64,000 nt of DNA from Spirochaetia bacterium (GCA_965203905.1 CBDBDQ010000005.1:5664001-5728000); one strand, 5' to 3'. Positions 28,388-37,327 are shown, counted from the first letter of the stretch. Notes: a model not told the origin generated them from the letters alone. Translations and numbers: made by a program.

Positions 28388-29374
28388 ATGAGTGTGCACC
28401 TGCAGGAGCATCTCGACACCGCGAGCGCGCCACTGGGCGTGCCGCCGCTGGCTGCAATGCGCGACGCCCTCGTTACCGGCTTGGCGGCCAACTACCGGGA
28501 CGTTCGCGTGGAGGTGAAGCCGTGCCCCGACTTGCGCGCCGTCGGCTGCGCCTGGCCCGGCCTCGGCGGCGCGTCCTGCATCGTCGACATCGGCGGCGAG
28601 CCGTACGCCCACAACCCGCGCTACCGCGACGTCCGCTTTGCGGTGACGGAGTTGCAGCACCGCATCGGCAGTGATGGCGGCCGCGTGCTCGGAGCCGGCA
28701 TGGCCTGCCCCGCCGCCATCGACGGCCACTGCGGCGAGGTGATCGCCAACCTGGACCCGCGCGGGCCGGACGCCTCGCGGGTGGCGCGCGTCGCCCCGGA
28801 CGGGAGCTGCGTGGTGGAGCCCTACCGCGCCGCGCTGTTCGCCGGGCTCGCCAACCTGTACGTCAGCGACGGAGCACCGGGGCCGGTGCTGGAGATCGAG
28901 GTGAGCCACCGCATCGGCGCCGAAGGCTCCCTGCCGCAGGCCCTGCGCGCGGCGCTGGCGCCGCTGGCAGCCGCCGGTGACGGCCCGGTCGCGCTGGGCG
29001 GCGTGTTCCAGCTACTCGCCGGCCAGGTCCGCTGCCACGTGATGCCCGATTACGACTGCATCGACCACGCCTACTACGATGTCGAACGAGAGGAGGTCGT
29101 CAGCGAGTTCCTGCGCTTCTACGAGCCGGTCGGCCCCGGGCTGCTGTGCTTCTCCGTGCTGTGGACCGGCGACCCCACCGGCGGCGCGCTGGACCTGCGC
29201 CCGTCGGGAGAGCACACCCATTGCTACCACCCCACCGATCCCGGTCTGGGCGGCCACTACCACTTCGACGTGACCCCTGAGGCGGTGCACTGCCGCGGCT
29301 GGTTCGCGCCCGCCGAGGCGGTCTACCGGGTGGGCAACATCTACGCCCGGCTGCGCAAAGCGTCCCGCGCGTAG
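28388..29374 (+). CDS. DUF1907 / C11orf54 (PTD012)-like Zn enzyme
   Basis: CPDL, GAG, LGGVF, HVMPD, EHTH...GGHYH.D.TP, F.PAE.VYR. Confidence 0.8.
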   Translation: MSVHLQEHLDTASAPLGVPPLAAMRDALVTGLAANYRDVRVEVKPCPDLRAVGCAWPGLGGASCIVDIGGEPYAHNPRYRDVRFAVTELQHRIGSDGGRVLGAGMACPAAIDGHCGEVIANLDPRGPDASRVARVAPDGSCVVEPYRAALFAGLANLYVSDGAPGPVLEIEVSHRIGAEGSLPQALRAALAPLAAAGDGPVALGGVFQLLAGQVRCHVMPDYDCIDHAYYDVEREEVVSEFLRFYEPVGPGLLCFSVLWTGDPTGGALDLRPSGEHTHCYHPTDPGLGGHYHFDVTPEAVHCRGWFAPAEAVYRVGNIYARLRKASRA

Positions 29375-29377
29375 CAG

Positions 29378-30047
29378 TTACACGCCAGCCGCGGACCAGA
29401 AGTGAGTGATCACTCCGTAACGCGGAATATCGGTGGCGTTGCCACCGGCGTAATGCAGCGTGCGGCAGTGGTGAAAGGTGGCATCGCCCGGCTCCAGGGT
29501 CACCGCCACGGCCTTGCCGCTATCGGTCGTAGTGGCCAGGGCGCCATTGATCTCAGAACGATCCGCGATCGAATAATGCTCCTGGATCGGGCCGAGATGG
29601 CTGCCCGGAATGAACTGCATGCCGCCGTTCTGCTCCCACGCCGGGGTCAGCGCCAGCCAGCAGGTCACCGCGCGGTCGGAGCCGTTGCGATCCTGCCAGT
29701 AGCCGGCGTCCTGGTGCCAGTCGGTCTCGGCCGGATAGTGCGCCGGCTTCATGATGAGCTGATCGTACTGGTACGCCGCTTCCGGCCCGATCAACTGGCG
29801 GGCGGCCGCCAGCGCATGTCGGAAGTAGGCATGGTCGCGCCAGTACGGCATTGTGCCGCGACGGATTGGCGAGTTGCACCATCGATCCCTTGACCCGCCG
29901 GTCGCCGAACGCCGGCACCTCGATATCGCCGCGCAACGCCCGGTCGTAATCCGCCAGCAGCTCCCTCACCTGCCCCGCGTCGATCAGTCCCTTGACCACC
30001 ACGAACCCGTCCCGCCGAAACGCGGCTACCTGTGGTCTCGACAGCAC
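29378..30047 (-). pseudogene. PhyH family oxygenase split by a +1 frameshift
   Basis: The N-part FRRDGFVVV joins the C-part (DWHQD, IPGSH, HHCRTLH) if one A is removed from CACAATG near 29852. Confidence 0.75.
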
Positions 30048-30305
30048 GGGGTTACTCCAGGTCCGGCAATTCTGCGCGTGGCGGCAGCACCGCGATGGTG
30101 CGCGTCGGGGCCGCGACGCTTGGCCGCTCCGAGTTTGGTGGCGTGGCGCGCCGTGTTTTCATGGTGGCCATGCGCAAGGGTAGCTCGCCGTCGGCGGCGC
30201 GACAAGCTGACTCCGCAGGCAGTTAGGCTCGCGGCCCTACCCTCGCCCGTGTACTGGTTGTCTCCGGCAACGATGGTCGGATAGTCTCGGGGAGAGAGGT
30301 GGGGA

Positions 30306-30800
30306 GTGGCGGACCAGACTCGGCAGAAAAGTGCGTGGCCGCTGATTTTCACGTATCGAGGCAACCTGTTCGGCCATCGATATATCGCTTCCGTATCCGC
30401 AGTCAGTCGCGTTCTGGCCATTCAGGAGGATGACGGGATCTGGCTGAGCGGAGTTCAGCCGGGAGGTGTCGCGGCTGGTGGGAATGATGTGCGGGAAGCA
30501 TGCGCGGCGTACCGGAAGGCGTTCGTCGGTGTCCTGGCGGACATCGCATCGTCGGTCGGCGACTTTCCCGCGTTCCAGGCGGAAGCTGCCCGAATGCTGG
30601 CGGAACGCGACGAAGCGGCGTTCGAGGATTGGACCGCGGCCGTGGAAGCCAACCGCAGTAACCGGCTCGACTGGACACAGATGCAAAGCTACCGGTGAAG
30701 CCCGCGGCCATCACGCCGTCGATGACCGTGACGTTGAGGACCGAGATGACACCCGCCGACAACCTGATCGACGACGGGTACAATGGCGCGCAATCGGCTC
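30306..30800 (+). CDS. Hypothetical protein with a HicB-like region, probably frameshifted near 30675
   Basis: EDDGIWLSGVQPGGVAAGGNDVREA resembles the HicB N-terminal pattern. The protein-like continuation DAKLPVKPA... is in another frame after GGACACAG. End is approximate. Confidence 0.5.
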
Positions 30801-30835
30801 ACGGCGTACAAGCCCGAGAGTCGGGAGCAGGTGTC

Positions 30836-31294
30836 ATGGCTCACCCCGGCGAGCCGGTGTACGACAGCATCTCGGCATTGATCCTTGGCCGCTTCGGAGA
30901 AGTGGAAGCCGTCGCCGTGCGGGTCGCGACCGCGTTCGACGAAGGCTTCGGCGCCGAAGTAAACGGACGTGTCGCGTCCAGCGCATGCTCAAAGGGTTCG
31001 GGCTGTCCGCTTGGCCGGGCTTCGATCTGCTTTCTATCCACGCCACCGGCGAACGCCGCTGTATCGCGGTAGAGGGCCGCGCCGGCAGCGGCAGCGTCGA
31101 AGTCAGCGACAACGAATGGGCCCAAGGCATGTAACCTGCGCAACGACTACTGGCTCTACGTCGTGTACGATTGCGCAACGCCGGGCCTGCGTTTGCTCCG
31201 AGTACGGGATCCGTTCGCCCGGTTGCTTGTAGGAAGCCGGAAACTGCTGGCGCACACCGTGCCCCCAAGCGCAGTTATGGAGGCAGCAGTGTAA
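30836..31294 (+). pseudogene. Remnant of a DUF3883 (NO VEIN-type) nuclease C-terminus, as found on SNF2 helicases
   Basis: WPGFDLLS..ERRCIAVEGRA..VSDNEWA / ACNLRNDYWLYVVYDCAT..RVRDPF spread across several frames. Confidence 0.7.
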
Positions 31295-31296
31295 CT

Positions 31297-31785
31297 ATGG
31301 CGAAGCATACCATATATGTCGAAACCTCGATCGTCTCATATTTGACGGCTCGGCCCACGAACGATCTGTTAGCTGCTGCATGGCAGAAGGCCACGGTTGA
31401 CTGGTGGGAGACACAGAGAAACAGGTTTGATCTGTATACGTCTGATGTTGCCGTAGCAGAGGCGGGAGAGGGCGATCCGCAGGCTGCCCGGAGACGCCTC
31501 GAACCCTTGTCCGGCATTCCTGTACTGGTGATCACCGAATCGGTCATCAAGTTGTCCAAGGCACTCATTCGTGAGAAAGCCCTGCCTGCAAGGGCTCAGA
31601 ATGACGCCCTTCATGTTGCGGTTGCTGCCGTCCACAACGTTGACTATCTATTGACGTGGAACTTTCGGCATCTCGACAATGCCGAAACGAAACCGATTAT
31701 GCGGAGCGTGTGCACGAAGTATGGGCATACCATACCGGAAATATGCACGCCTCAGGAACTAATGGGAGTAACCGAGGATGGCTGA
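31297..31785 (+). CDS. PIN-domain (VapC-like) nuclease
   Basis: IYVETSIVSYL, DALHVAVA, DYLLTWNFRHL, ICTPQEL. Confidence 0.88.
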   Translation: MAKHTIYVETSIVSYLTARPTNDLLAAAWQKATVDWWETQRNRFDLYTSDVAVAEAGEGDPQAARRRLEPLSGIPVLVITESVIKLSKALIREKALPARAQNDALHVAVAAVHNVDYLLTWNFRHLDNAETKPIMRSVCTKYGHTIPEICTPQELMGVTEDG

Positions 31786-31972
31786 TGAGATTATCACGGA
31801 ACTCTGGAGGATAAAGGACTGCATCGCCAAAGAACAAGGGTATGATATCGAGAAGCTCGTTGCTTACCTGCTATCCAGAGAGCGCCCTGCGGGACAGCAG
31901 GTCGTGGATCTTAGCACACCAAAACGTGCGGCTGATCGAGACGCACGGGGAGATCGTCGCTCAGCACGTTGA
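31778..31972 (+). CDS. Small PIN partner protein (putative antitoxin)
   Basis: MADEIITELWRIKD.IA...GYDI; overlaps the PIN stop; GAGG RBS. Confidence 0.7.
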   Translation: MADEIITELWRIKDCIAKEQGYDIEKLVAYLLSRERPAGQQVVDLSTPKRAADRDARGDRRSAR

Positions 31973-32039
31973 TGCTCCAGATGTTGACAGGAGCTCCAAG
32001 GCGGATTGCTACAGAGCGTGCCGCACGGGCATGTTTCTT

Positions 32040-32237
32040 CGCGGCTTCATCGAGCGCCAGCGCAGTTACGACACGCTGCCACGGCATCGTTTGCAGCATC
32101 CGCACGAACAGTGCAGGTCTGTCGAGATGGCCCACCCGTTCGCGACGGCCGCGTAGGACCTCGGCTACAGCCTCCGGCCGGTAGCGGTAGTCCCACACGA
32201 TCGTTTTCGCGGTACGGGTCAGTTCCGGGTCGTCCAC
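32040..32237 (-). pseudogene. Truncated hypothetical gene
   Basis: GTG 32237: IVWDYRY.PE...VLRG....GHLDR..LFVRMLQ..PW. This resembles partners of AbiEii-type nucleotidyltransferases (recollection). Coding character is lost after about 32040. Confidence 0.4.
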
Positions 32238-32300
32238 TTCCTCAGTGTAGTACCAATCGGTGAGGCCTGCCAAAGTAATGTAGCGGGCCTCGGCGGCTCT

Positions 32301-33311
32301 TCACGGCATCTCCCGCACGGGGCGGCTGTTGCGTGCAGGACGCGTGGCACCGAGCGCCACGACGTTGTCGACGGCGATCGTCGCGTTCTCGGGGAGCATC
32401 GTTTCGCCCTTCTGGGCACCGAGGGCGGCGATGCTGGAGACGCCATTCAGCTTGTCGGTGGCTTCGACCGCGTCCAGGTCGCGGTAGTAGTCGAACCAGG
32501 GGAGGCCTGCCTCGGCGTAGCGGGCGGCGGTCGGGGGCTCGGTAGGCGGGCGTTCGCCGGTGATTGCCTGCCACTGCCGGGAGTTGACGATGCTCACGAA
32601 GCAGCGGCTGGCGTGGCGCTGGTCCCAGGCGTCCAGGCCATACGGATCGTCGTAGATCTCCTGCCGCATGCGCCCGCCGGGCGCCAGGCCCATCTCGCAC
32701 TGTTCCATTGGAGCTTGTGTGGCCTCCGCCATGGAGTACACACGCTTCAGTCGCTTCTTTGCCCGCTGCATTTGTTCGTAGCGCTCGCGCTTCATGGGAA
32801 AGGCGATGATCTGCAGGCCGCCGTGCTCGGCAGCGCCGGTGAGCTGCTCTTCGACGGTATAGCCGGCGCCAAGCGGCATGGCCACGAACTGGCGGATCAC
32901 GCCCTTTTCGACGCAGTAGCCGTCCAGCCACGGCTGTTCCGGCACGACCAGGTAGTCCTGCGGGTCGCGGTTGAGCCGCTCGGTCCAGGCATCGCCGGTC
33001 ACGGCGCAGATCTTGCCGGTGGCGACCTTGATCGCGAACGGATAGCCGCTCGCTCCGCCAAAGCTGAGCCACATCGCCTCGGCCTGATGCATCGGCAACA
33101 GCACGCCGCCACGGCGCAGCCAGGCGTCCGGAAGCCGGTCCGCGTAGTCGTCCGCGTGGCGCAACGGGAAGCTGCCCAGACCCGGCGGCAGCGGGTAGTC
33201 TGCGCCGTCGTCTGGAATCCGCAGCGTGCGCTGAAAATCGAGCGAGCAGGTCGCGTCCGGGTGGACCTCCGGGAATCGGAACGTGAGCCGGTCGGATTCG
33301 AGCGTAATCAT
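32301..33311 (-). CDS. Uncharacterised conserved protein (FQRTLRIPDD / LPPGLG.FPL family)
   Basis: Intact 336-aa ORF with QAEAMW, QDYLVVPEQPWLDG, RQFVAMPLG.GYTVEEQLTG, MGLAPGG..RQEIY.D and GLPWFDYY blocks. Confidence 0.8.
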   Translation of the reverse strand: MITLESDRLTFRFPEVHPDATCSLDFQRTLRIPDDGADYPLPPGLGSFPLRHADDYADRLPDAWLRRGGVLLPMHQAEAMWLSFGGASGYPFAIKVATGKICAVTGDAWTERLNRDPQDYLVVPEQPWLDGYCVEKGVIRQFVAMPLGAGYTVEEQLTGAAEHGGLQIIAFPMKRERYEQMQRAKKRLKRVYSMAEATQAPMEQCEMGLAPGGRMRQEIYDDPYGLDAWDQRHASRCFVSIVNSRQWQAITGERPPTEPPTAARYAEAGLPWFDYYRDLDAVEATDKLNGVSSIAALGAQKGETMLPENATIAVDNVVALGATRPARNSRPVREMP

Positions 33312-33342
33312 CTGTCTGGTACCCTCCATACCTTCGAGTTGC

Positions 33343-33696
33343 TCACCAGTCACCGTCGCGTACCTCACGCACGACGCGCAGGATGGCGTGATCCGGCGCC
33401 TCGCGGAGCTGGCGCAGCAGCTCGGCAAACAGCTTCGGCCGCCGGCGGATGATCTCCTGCAGATCGCTGGAGACCTTCCCGCCGAGCGCCAGCAGCACGT
33501 CTGGATCCTCGCCCAACTCCCGCGCCAGCCGCTTGGTCGTCGCTTCCGACGGCGGAGCTACGTCACCCCGCTCTATCTTGCTCAGATAGGCCGGCTCCAC
33601 GCCCACTCGCTGCGCCACCTGACGCAACGAGTAGCGGCGGTCGCTCTCCCGCAGTCGCTCTCGGGTCTCTCTGACGGTGACTCCAAAATGAGTCAT
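33343..33696 (-). CDS. XRE-family HTH transcriptional regulator
   Basis: SLRQVAQRVGVEPAYLSKIERG..PPS; ATG 33696. Confidence 0.9.
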   Translation of the reverse strand: MTHFGVTVRETRERLRESDRRYSLRQVAQRVGVEPAYLSKIERGDVAPPSEATTKRLARELGEDPDVLLALGGKVSSDLQEIIRRRPKLFAELLRQLREAPDHAILRVVREVRDGDW

Positions 33697-33719
33697 GTGT
33701 AGTAAACATAACACACATG
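33694..33719. promoter_or_regulatory. Inverted-repeat operator over the HTH start and -10
   Basis: CATGTGT-N12-ACACATG enclosing a minus-strand TATGTT. Confidence 0.55.
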
Positions 33720-33779
33720 GGCCACCGTGGCAACCGGCTACCTGCCTTGCACGGCGGTCACTGGCGGCAATGAGCCGCA

Positions 33780-34038
33780 GCAGTAACGCGAGCAGACCGC
33801 TACGCACGTCGCGCAGGTACTCCCGCACCAGCTCCGCGCGCAGGTCCTCTACCCGCGCCTGCAGTGCTCTGCGGTCATCCCAGGGCACCCGCGCCGTGGT
33901 CTCGAGCAGCGCCTGCAGCATGCCGTTTGCCTGGGCATCGACGGTCTCCGCCCCGAGGCGAATCCACTCCACGCGGACGGACTCCACGACGCGACAGTGG
34001 AGCAGATCGTCGAGATTGATGGGCAGGATGTGGCTCAC
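33780..34038 (-). pseudogene. Internally deleted AlbA_2 / ATP-binding protein remnant
   Basis: MSHILPINLDDLL..VES.RVE is fused directly to WIRLGAETV...VPWDDR...VREYL; the AlbA_2 core and the C-terminus are missing. Confidence 0.55.
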
Positions 34039-34075
34039 CGTTTCTCATTGTCGTCGCCGGCGAGCGCGTTGACAA

Positions 34076-35398
34076 CTATCGCGGTCCGCTGCCAGTGAAG
34101 CGCAGCCCGTCGGGAAGGGAGTACAGCGGGATGTTCAGCACCCGGGCGTCGCGCTTGAGGTTCGAAAGGGTGCTGCGGACCAGCAGCGGCGGGGCGAACT
34201 GGGCGTCGAAGGAGCGCAGGGTCTTGCTGCGCGGATTCACGCCGGCCTTCACTTCCAGCGGCACGATCTCCCCTCCCCGCTCCAGCAGGAAGTCGACTTC
34301 CGCTTTGCCCCCCGAGCTGCGCCAGTAATGGAGCTCGCCCGCCGTCGCCGCGGCCAGTTGTTGCGCCACGTAGTTCTCGACCAGGGCTCCCCGGTACTCC
34401 GAGAACAGGCGGTCACCGTAGACCAGAAGCTGCGGCGCGGCGCCGGCGAGTGCTCCAAGCAGGCCGACATCCAGGGCGTACACCTTGAACGAGCGCCGGT
34501 CCGCGTAGCCGCGCAGCGGCAGGCGGGCCGTCTCGACGCCGAACGCCCGCAGGATGAGGCCGGCGCCCTCCAGCCACACGATGGCATCCTCATAGTCGCG
34601 CGCCCGCGCGCTCGGCTGGATGGCCGAGAAGATGAACTTCCTGTTCTCGCGTGCCAGGTGTCGTGGCAGCGACTCCCAGACCGCGATGATACGGGGCACC
34701 TCGCGCGCCGGGGCGTGCTTGGCGAAGTCGAGCACATAGGCATCGAGGACCGCCTGCTGCACGGCGCGCACGGCCGCTACGTCGCGGTTGGCCGCGTAGT
34801 GGACCACTGCCTCGGGCATTCCGCCTACGAAGTAGTAGGCGCGCAGCAGGTCGAGCAGTGCATGATGGAACGCCTCCGGAAACGGCGCGAGCACGGCATG
34901 TTCCTCGACCACGCTCCGGTAGCGTCCCTCGCCGAGCGCGTCGAGGAACTCGAAGAAGGTCATGGGATGGAGATCGACGAAGTCCACCTTGCCGACCGGG
35001 AACGAACGGGGTGTCGACAGGGCGACCCCGAGCAGCGAGCCGGCGGCGGCAACATGGTACTGTGGGGCGTCCTCGGCAAAGTACTTCAGGGAATTCAGCG
35101 CCGCGTTGCAAGCCTGGATCTCGTCGAGGATGATCAGCGAGCGTTGCGGTAGAATCCGCGCCCCCGCGAAGATCGACAGGTCGCGGACGATGCGCTGGGG
35201 ATCCAGGTCCCGCTGGAACAGGCTGGCGAGGTCGGGCGTCTGTTCGAAGTTGAAATAGTGACTGGCCGCGTAGCGTTCCCGGCCGAACGCCCGCAGCAGC
35301 CAGGTCTTGCCGGTCTGGCGCGCGCCGCGCATGAGCAGCGGCTTGCGCGTCGGCGCGCCCTTCCAGGCAAGCAGGCGTTCGTGCGCATCACGCTTCAT
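34076..35398 (-). CDS. AAA_14 ATPase with DUF4143 domain
   Basis: GARQTGKT, ILDEIQ, AAGSLLG, GGMPE, DVGLL, EVDF..PLEVKAG. Confidence 0.92.
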   Translation of the reverse strand: MKRDAHERLLAWKGAPTRKPLLMRGARQTGKTWLLRAFGRERYAASHYFNFEQTPDLASLFQRDLDPQRIVRDLSIFAGARILPQRSLIILDEIQACNAALNSLKYFAEDAPQYHVAAAGSLLGVALSTPRSFPVGKVDFVDLHPMTFFEFLDALGEGRYRSVVEEHAVLAPFPEAFHHALLDLLRAYYFVGGMPEAVVHYAANRDVAAVRAVQQAVLDAYVLDFAKHAPAREVPRIIAVWESLPRHLARENRKFIFSAIQPSARARDYEDAIVWLEGAGLILRAFGVETARLPLRGYADRRSFKVYALDVGLLGALAGAAPQLLVYGDRLFSEYRGALVENYVAQQLAAATAGELHYWRSSGGKAEVDFLLERGGEIVPLEVKAGVNPRSKTLRSFDAQFAPPLLVRSTLSNLKRDARVLNIPLYSLPDGLRFTGSGPR

Positions 35399-35433
35399 AG
35401 GTGACAACAATAGACCGAAACCGGCCGACCCAC

Positions 35434-35489
35434 CACGTTATTCGGATGAATTTTAGCCTATTACGGCGATTTTACGTCCGAATAGCGTG
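35434..35489. repeat. Imperfect 17-18 bp inverted repeat upstream of the AAA gene
   Basis: CACGTTATTCGGATGAA ... TTACGTCCGAATAGCGTG. Confidence 0.6.
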
Positions 35490-35610
35490 AAGGCTGAAGA
35501 GCGTTCTCTGCTGGAGCGCTGAGTAATCGTGCGGCTGACCGCGCCGGAACCGGCTATCGCCAAGGTGAGCTCATCCCGAGATGACCACGGTCTGGCCGGC
35601 TGGAGTCAGG

Positions 35611-35639
35611 TTGACCGTAGAGGCATTCCGTGCCAATAT
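35611..35639 (+). promoter_or_regulatory. hicAB promoter TTGACC-N17-CAATAT
   Basis: Spacing and position 12 nt before the hicA ATG. Confidence 0.5.
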
Positions 35640-35651
35640 ATGCACGTGGCG

Positions 35652-35839
35652 ATGGTTGAAACGAGGACCAGCGACCTCCGGCGCCGACTGCTGAAGGACG
35701 GTTGGTACTGGATCGCCACGGAGCCGACCACGACATCTATCGGCACCCGACGATCATGGGCATCATCACGTTGCCCCGCCACCGACGTGTCTCGGTCGGG
35801 GTGGCGCGGTCGATTGCCAAGAAAGCCGGCTGGTCGTAG
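35652..35839 (+). pseudogene. hicA: HicA toxin with a 1-nt deletion
   Basis: LLKDGWY / DRHGADHDIYRHP....TLPRH....GVARSIAKKAGW; frameshift near 35709. Confidence 0.8.
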
Positions 35840-35863
35840 GGCGGATCGAGGGGGATTCACACC

Positions 35864-36250
35864 ATGAGCAGATATCCGGCCTGGATCGACGGTGAGCAAG
35901 GCGCCTATGGCGTCTCGTTCCCGGATCTTCCCGGCATCGTCGCCATGGGTACGACGGTGGACGAAGCGTTGCTGCATGCCGAGGAAGCACTACGCGACTA
36001 CGTGATCGAGACCGAGAAAGACGGCGAGCCGATCACGCCGCCGACCAGTATCGAACACGTCGATACGCCCGATGGATCTACTCTGGTTTCCGTTCCCTTG
36101 ATCCGCCTGTCGGGCCGCAGTGTGCGCGCGAATCTCACGCTCGATGAGGGCGTTGCAGCGTTCATCGACGGCGAAGCGCGACGCCGCAAGATGACCCGGA
36201 CAGCCTACGTCGAGTGGATGGCGCGACGAATCGCTCAGACCGGCGGATAG
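35864..36250 (+). CDS. hicB: HicB antitoxin
   Basis: YGVSFPDLPG..AMG.T.DEA..HAEEAL plus a C-terminal ribbon-helix-helix (RANLTLD). Confidence 0.9.
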   Translation: MSRYPAWIDGEQGAYGVSFPDLPGIVAMGTTVDEALLHAEEALRDYVIETEKDGEPITPPTSIEHVDTPDGSTLVSVPLIRLSGRSVRANLTLDEGVAAFIDGEARRRKMTRTAYVEWMARRIAQTGG

Positions 36251-36253
36251 CGC

Positions 36254-37327
36254 CTATCGCGGACGGCTTCGGTTGCGAGCACCGGTGCGCAGCGCCTCGC
36301 GCAGCGCCGGCAGGTAGGTCCGGCTGACCGGCACGAGGTGATCGCCGGTCACGCGCACCATCGTGCGCCCGTCACGCCGCACCGTTGCCTCCAGGTGGCG
36401 GAGAGCCACCCAGTAGGAGCGGTGCACTTGTATGCCGAGGTCGCCGAGTTCGGCGACTGCGGTCCCCAAGTTCATCAATAGGAGACATGAGCCGCCGGTG
36501 GTGTGGACCTCGACGTAGTGGTCGTCCACCGTGACATAGATGATGTCACGGCTCACTGTCGACGACAGCCGGTCGTAGAAACGCGCCTGCCGAGCGGTGG
36601 GCTGGGGTCCGGTAGATGGCTCGGAGCCGTCGCCCGCGTGTTCCCCGGCGGTGCTCCGCGCCGGCGGCTCCGTCGTGACGGGCGTGCCGGGGCTGTCCGG
36701 TGGTGGGCGGTCGCCGGCGAAAGCCGCATCGCGCGCCGCGGGACCGTCGCCCGGGATGGCCTCGCTTCCGCTATCGGCGGCGGATGGGAGGTGTGGGTCG
36801 CCCGCCGGCGCGTCCGCTCCCGACGGCGAGCGGTGTCCGCCAGGGGTCGGGCCGGCGCGCCTGATCCGCTGGAACACGATGTAATGGAAGAAAAGCGTGC
36901 ACACCGCGATCACGATGGTGACGGTCAGGTAGATCGCTCCAAGGGTGGCGCTGCCCGCCTGGTGCGGCCGGAAGAGCGTGTCGGCGGTGTGCACCGCCGT
37001 CGTACACACCATGCCCTCGAACAGCACCGCCGCCGCGACCGCCGGCACTATCTCCACCAGCGAGCGGGAGCGCGTCACGTAGAGCGTTACGGCCGCGGTC
37101 GCATAACAAAGCGGAAACGTCACCACGGCGGACAGGCCCCAATACAGGAGCCGGGACAGCGGCCGGAGGTCAGCGGACGTGCCGAGCGGGCCGAAGATGG
37201 TCATCGCCGCCACGAACAGCGCAATGGTGATCCATGCGATGGTAATCGTGCGCGCCCTCAGGAACTCGCGATAGGCGTCCCGCCACCGCCCGCGCTCCGT
37301 CGCTGCGCTTCGGATGCGGTTCGGCAC
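36254..37327 (-). CDS. Membrane-anchored LytTR DNA-binding protein
   Basis: Four TM segments, a Pro-rich linker, DDHYVEVHT, QVHRSYWVA, VPVSRTY. Confidence 0.88.
   Translation of the reverse strand: MPNRIRSAATERGRWRDAYREFLRARTITIAWITIALFVAAMTIFGPLGTSADLRPLSRLLYWGLSAVVTFPLCYATAAVTLYVTRSRSLVEIVPAVAAAVLFEGMVCTTAVHTADTLFRPHQAGSATLGAIYLTVTIVIAVCTLFFHYIVFQRIRRAGPTPGGHRSPSGADAPAGDPHLPSAADSGSEAIPGDGPAARDAAFAGDRPPPDSPGTPVTTEPPARSTAGEHAGDGSEPSTGPQPTARQARFYDRLSSTVSRDIIYVTVDDHYVEVHTTGGSCLLLMNLGTAVAELGDLGIQVHRSYWVALRHLEATVRRDGRTMVRVTGDHLVPVSRTYLPALREALRTGARNRSRPR

Noticed and set aside
33343-34038. 231-aa ORF suggesting an AlbA-HTH fusion protein
   Set aside because: Chance in-frame read-through from a relic into the HTH gene, which has its own ATG, -10 and operator at 33694-33719.
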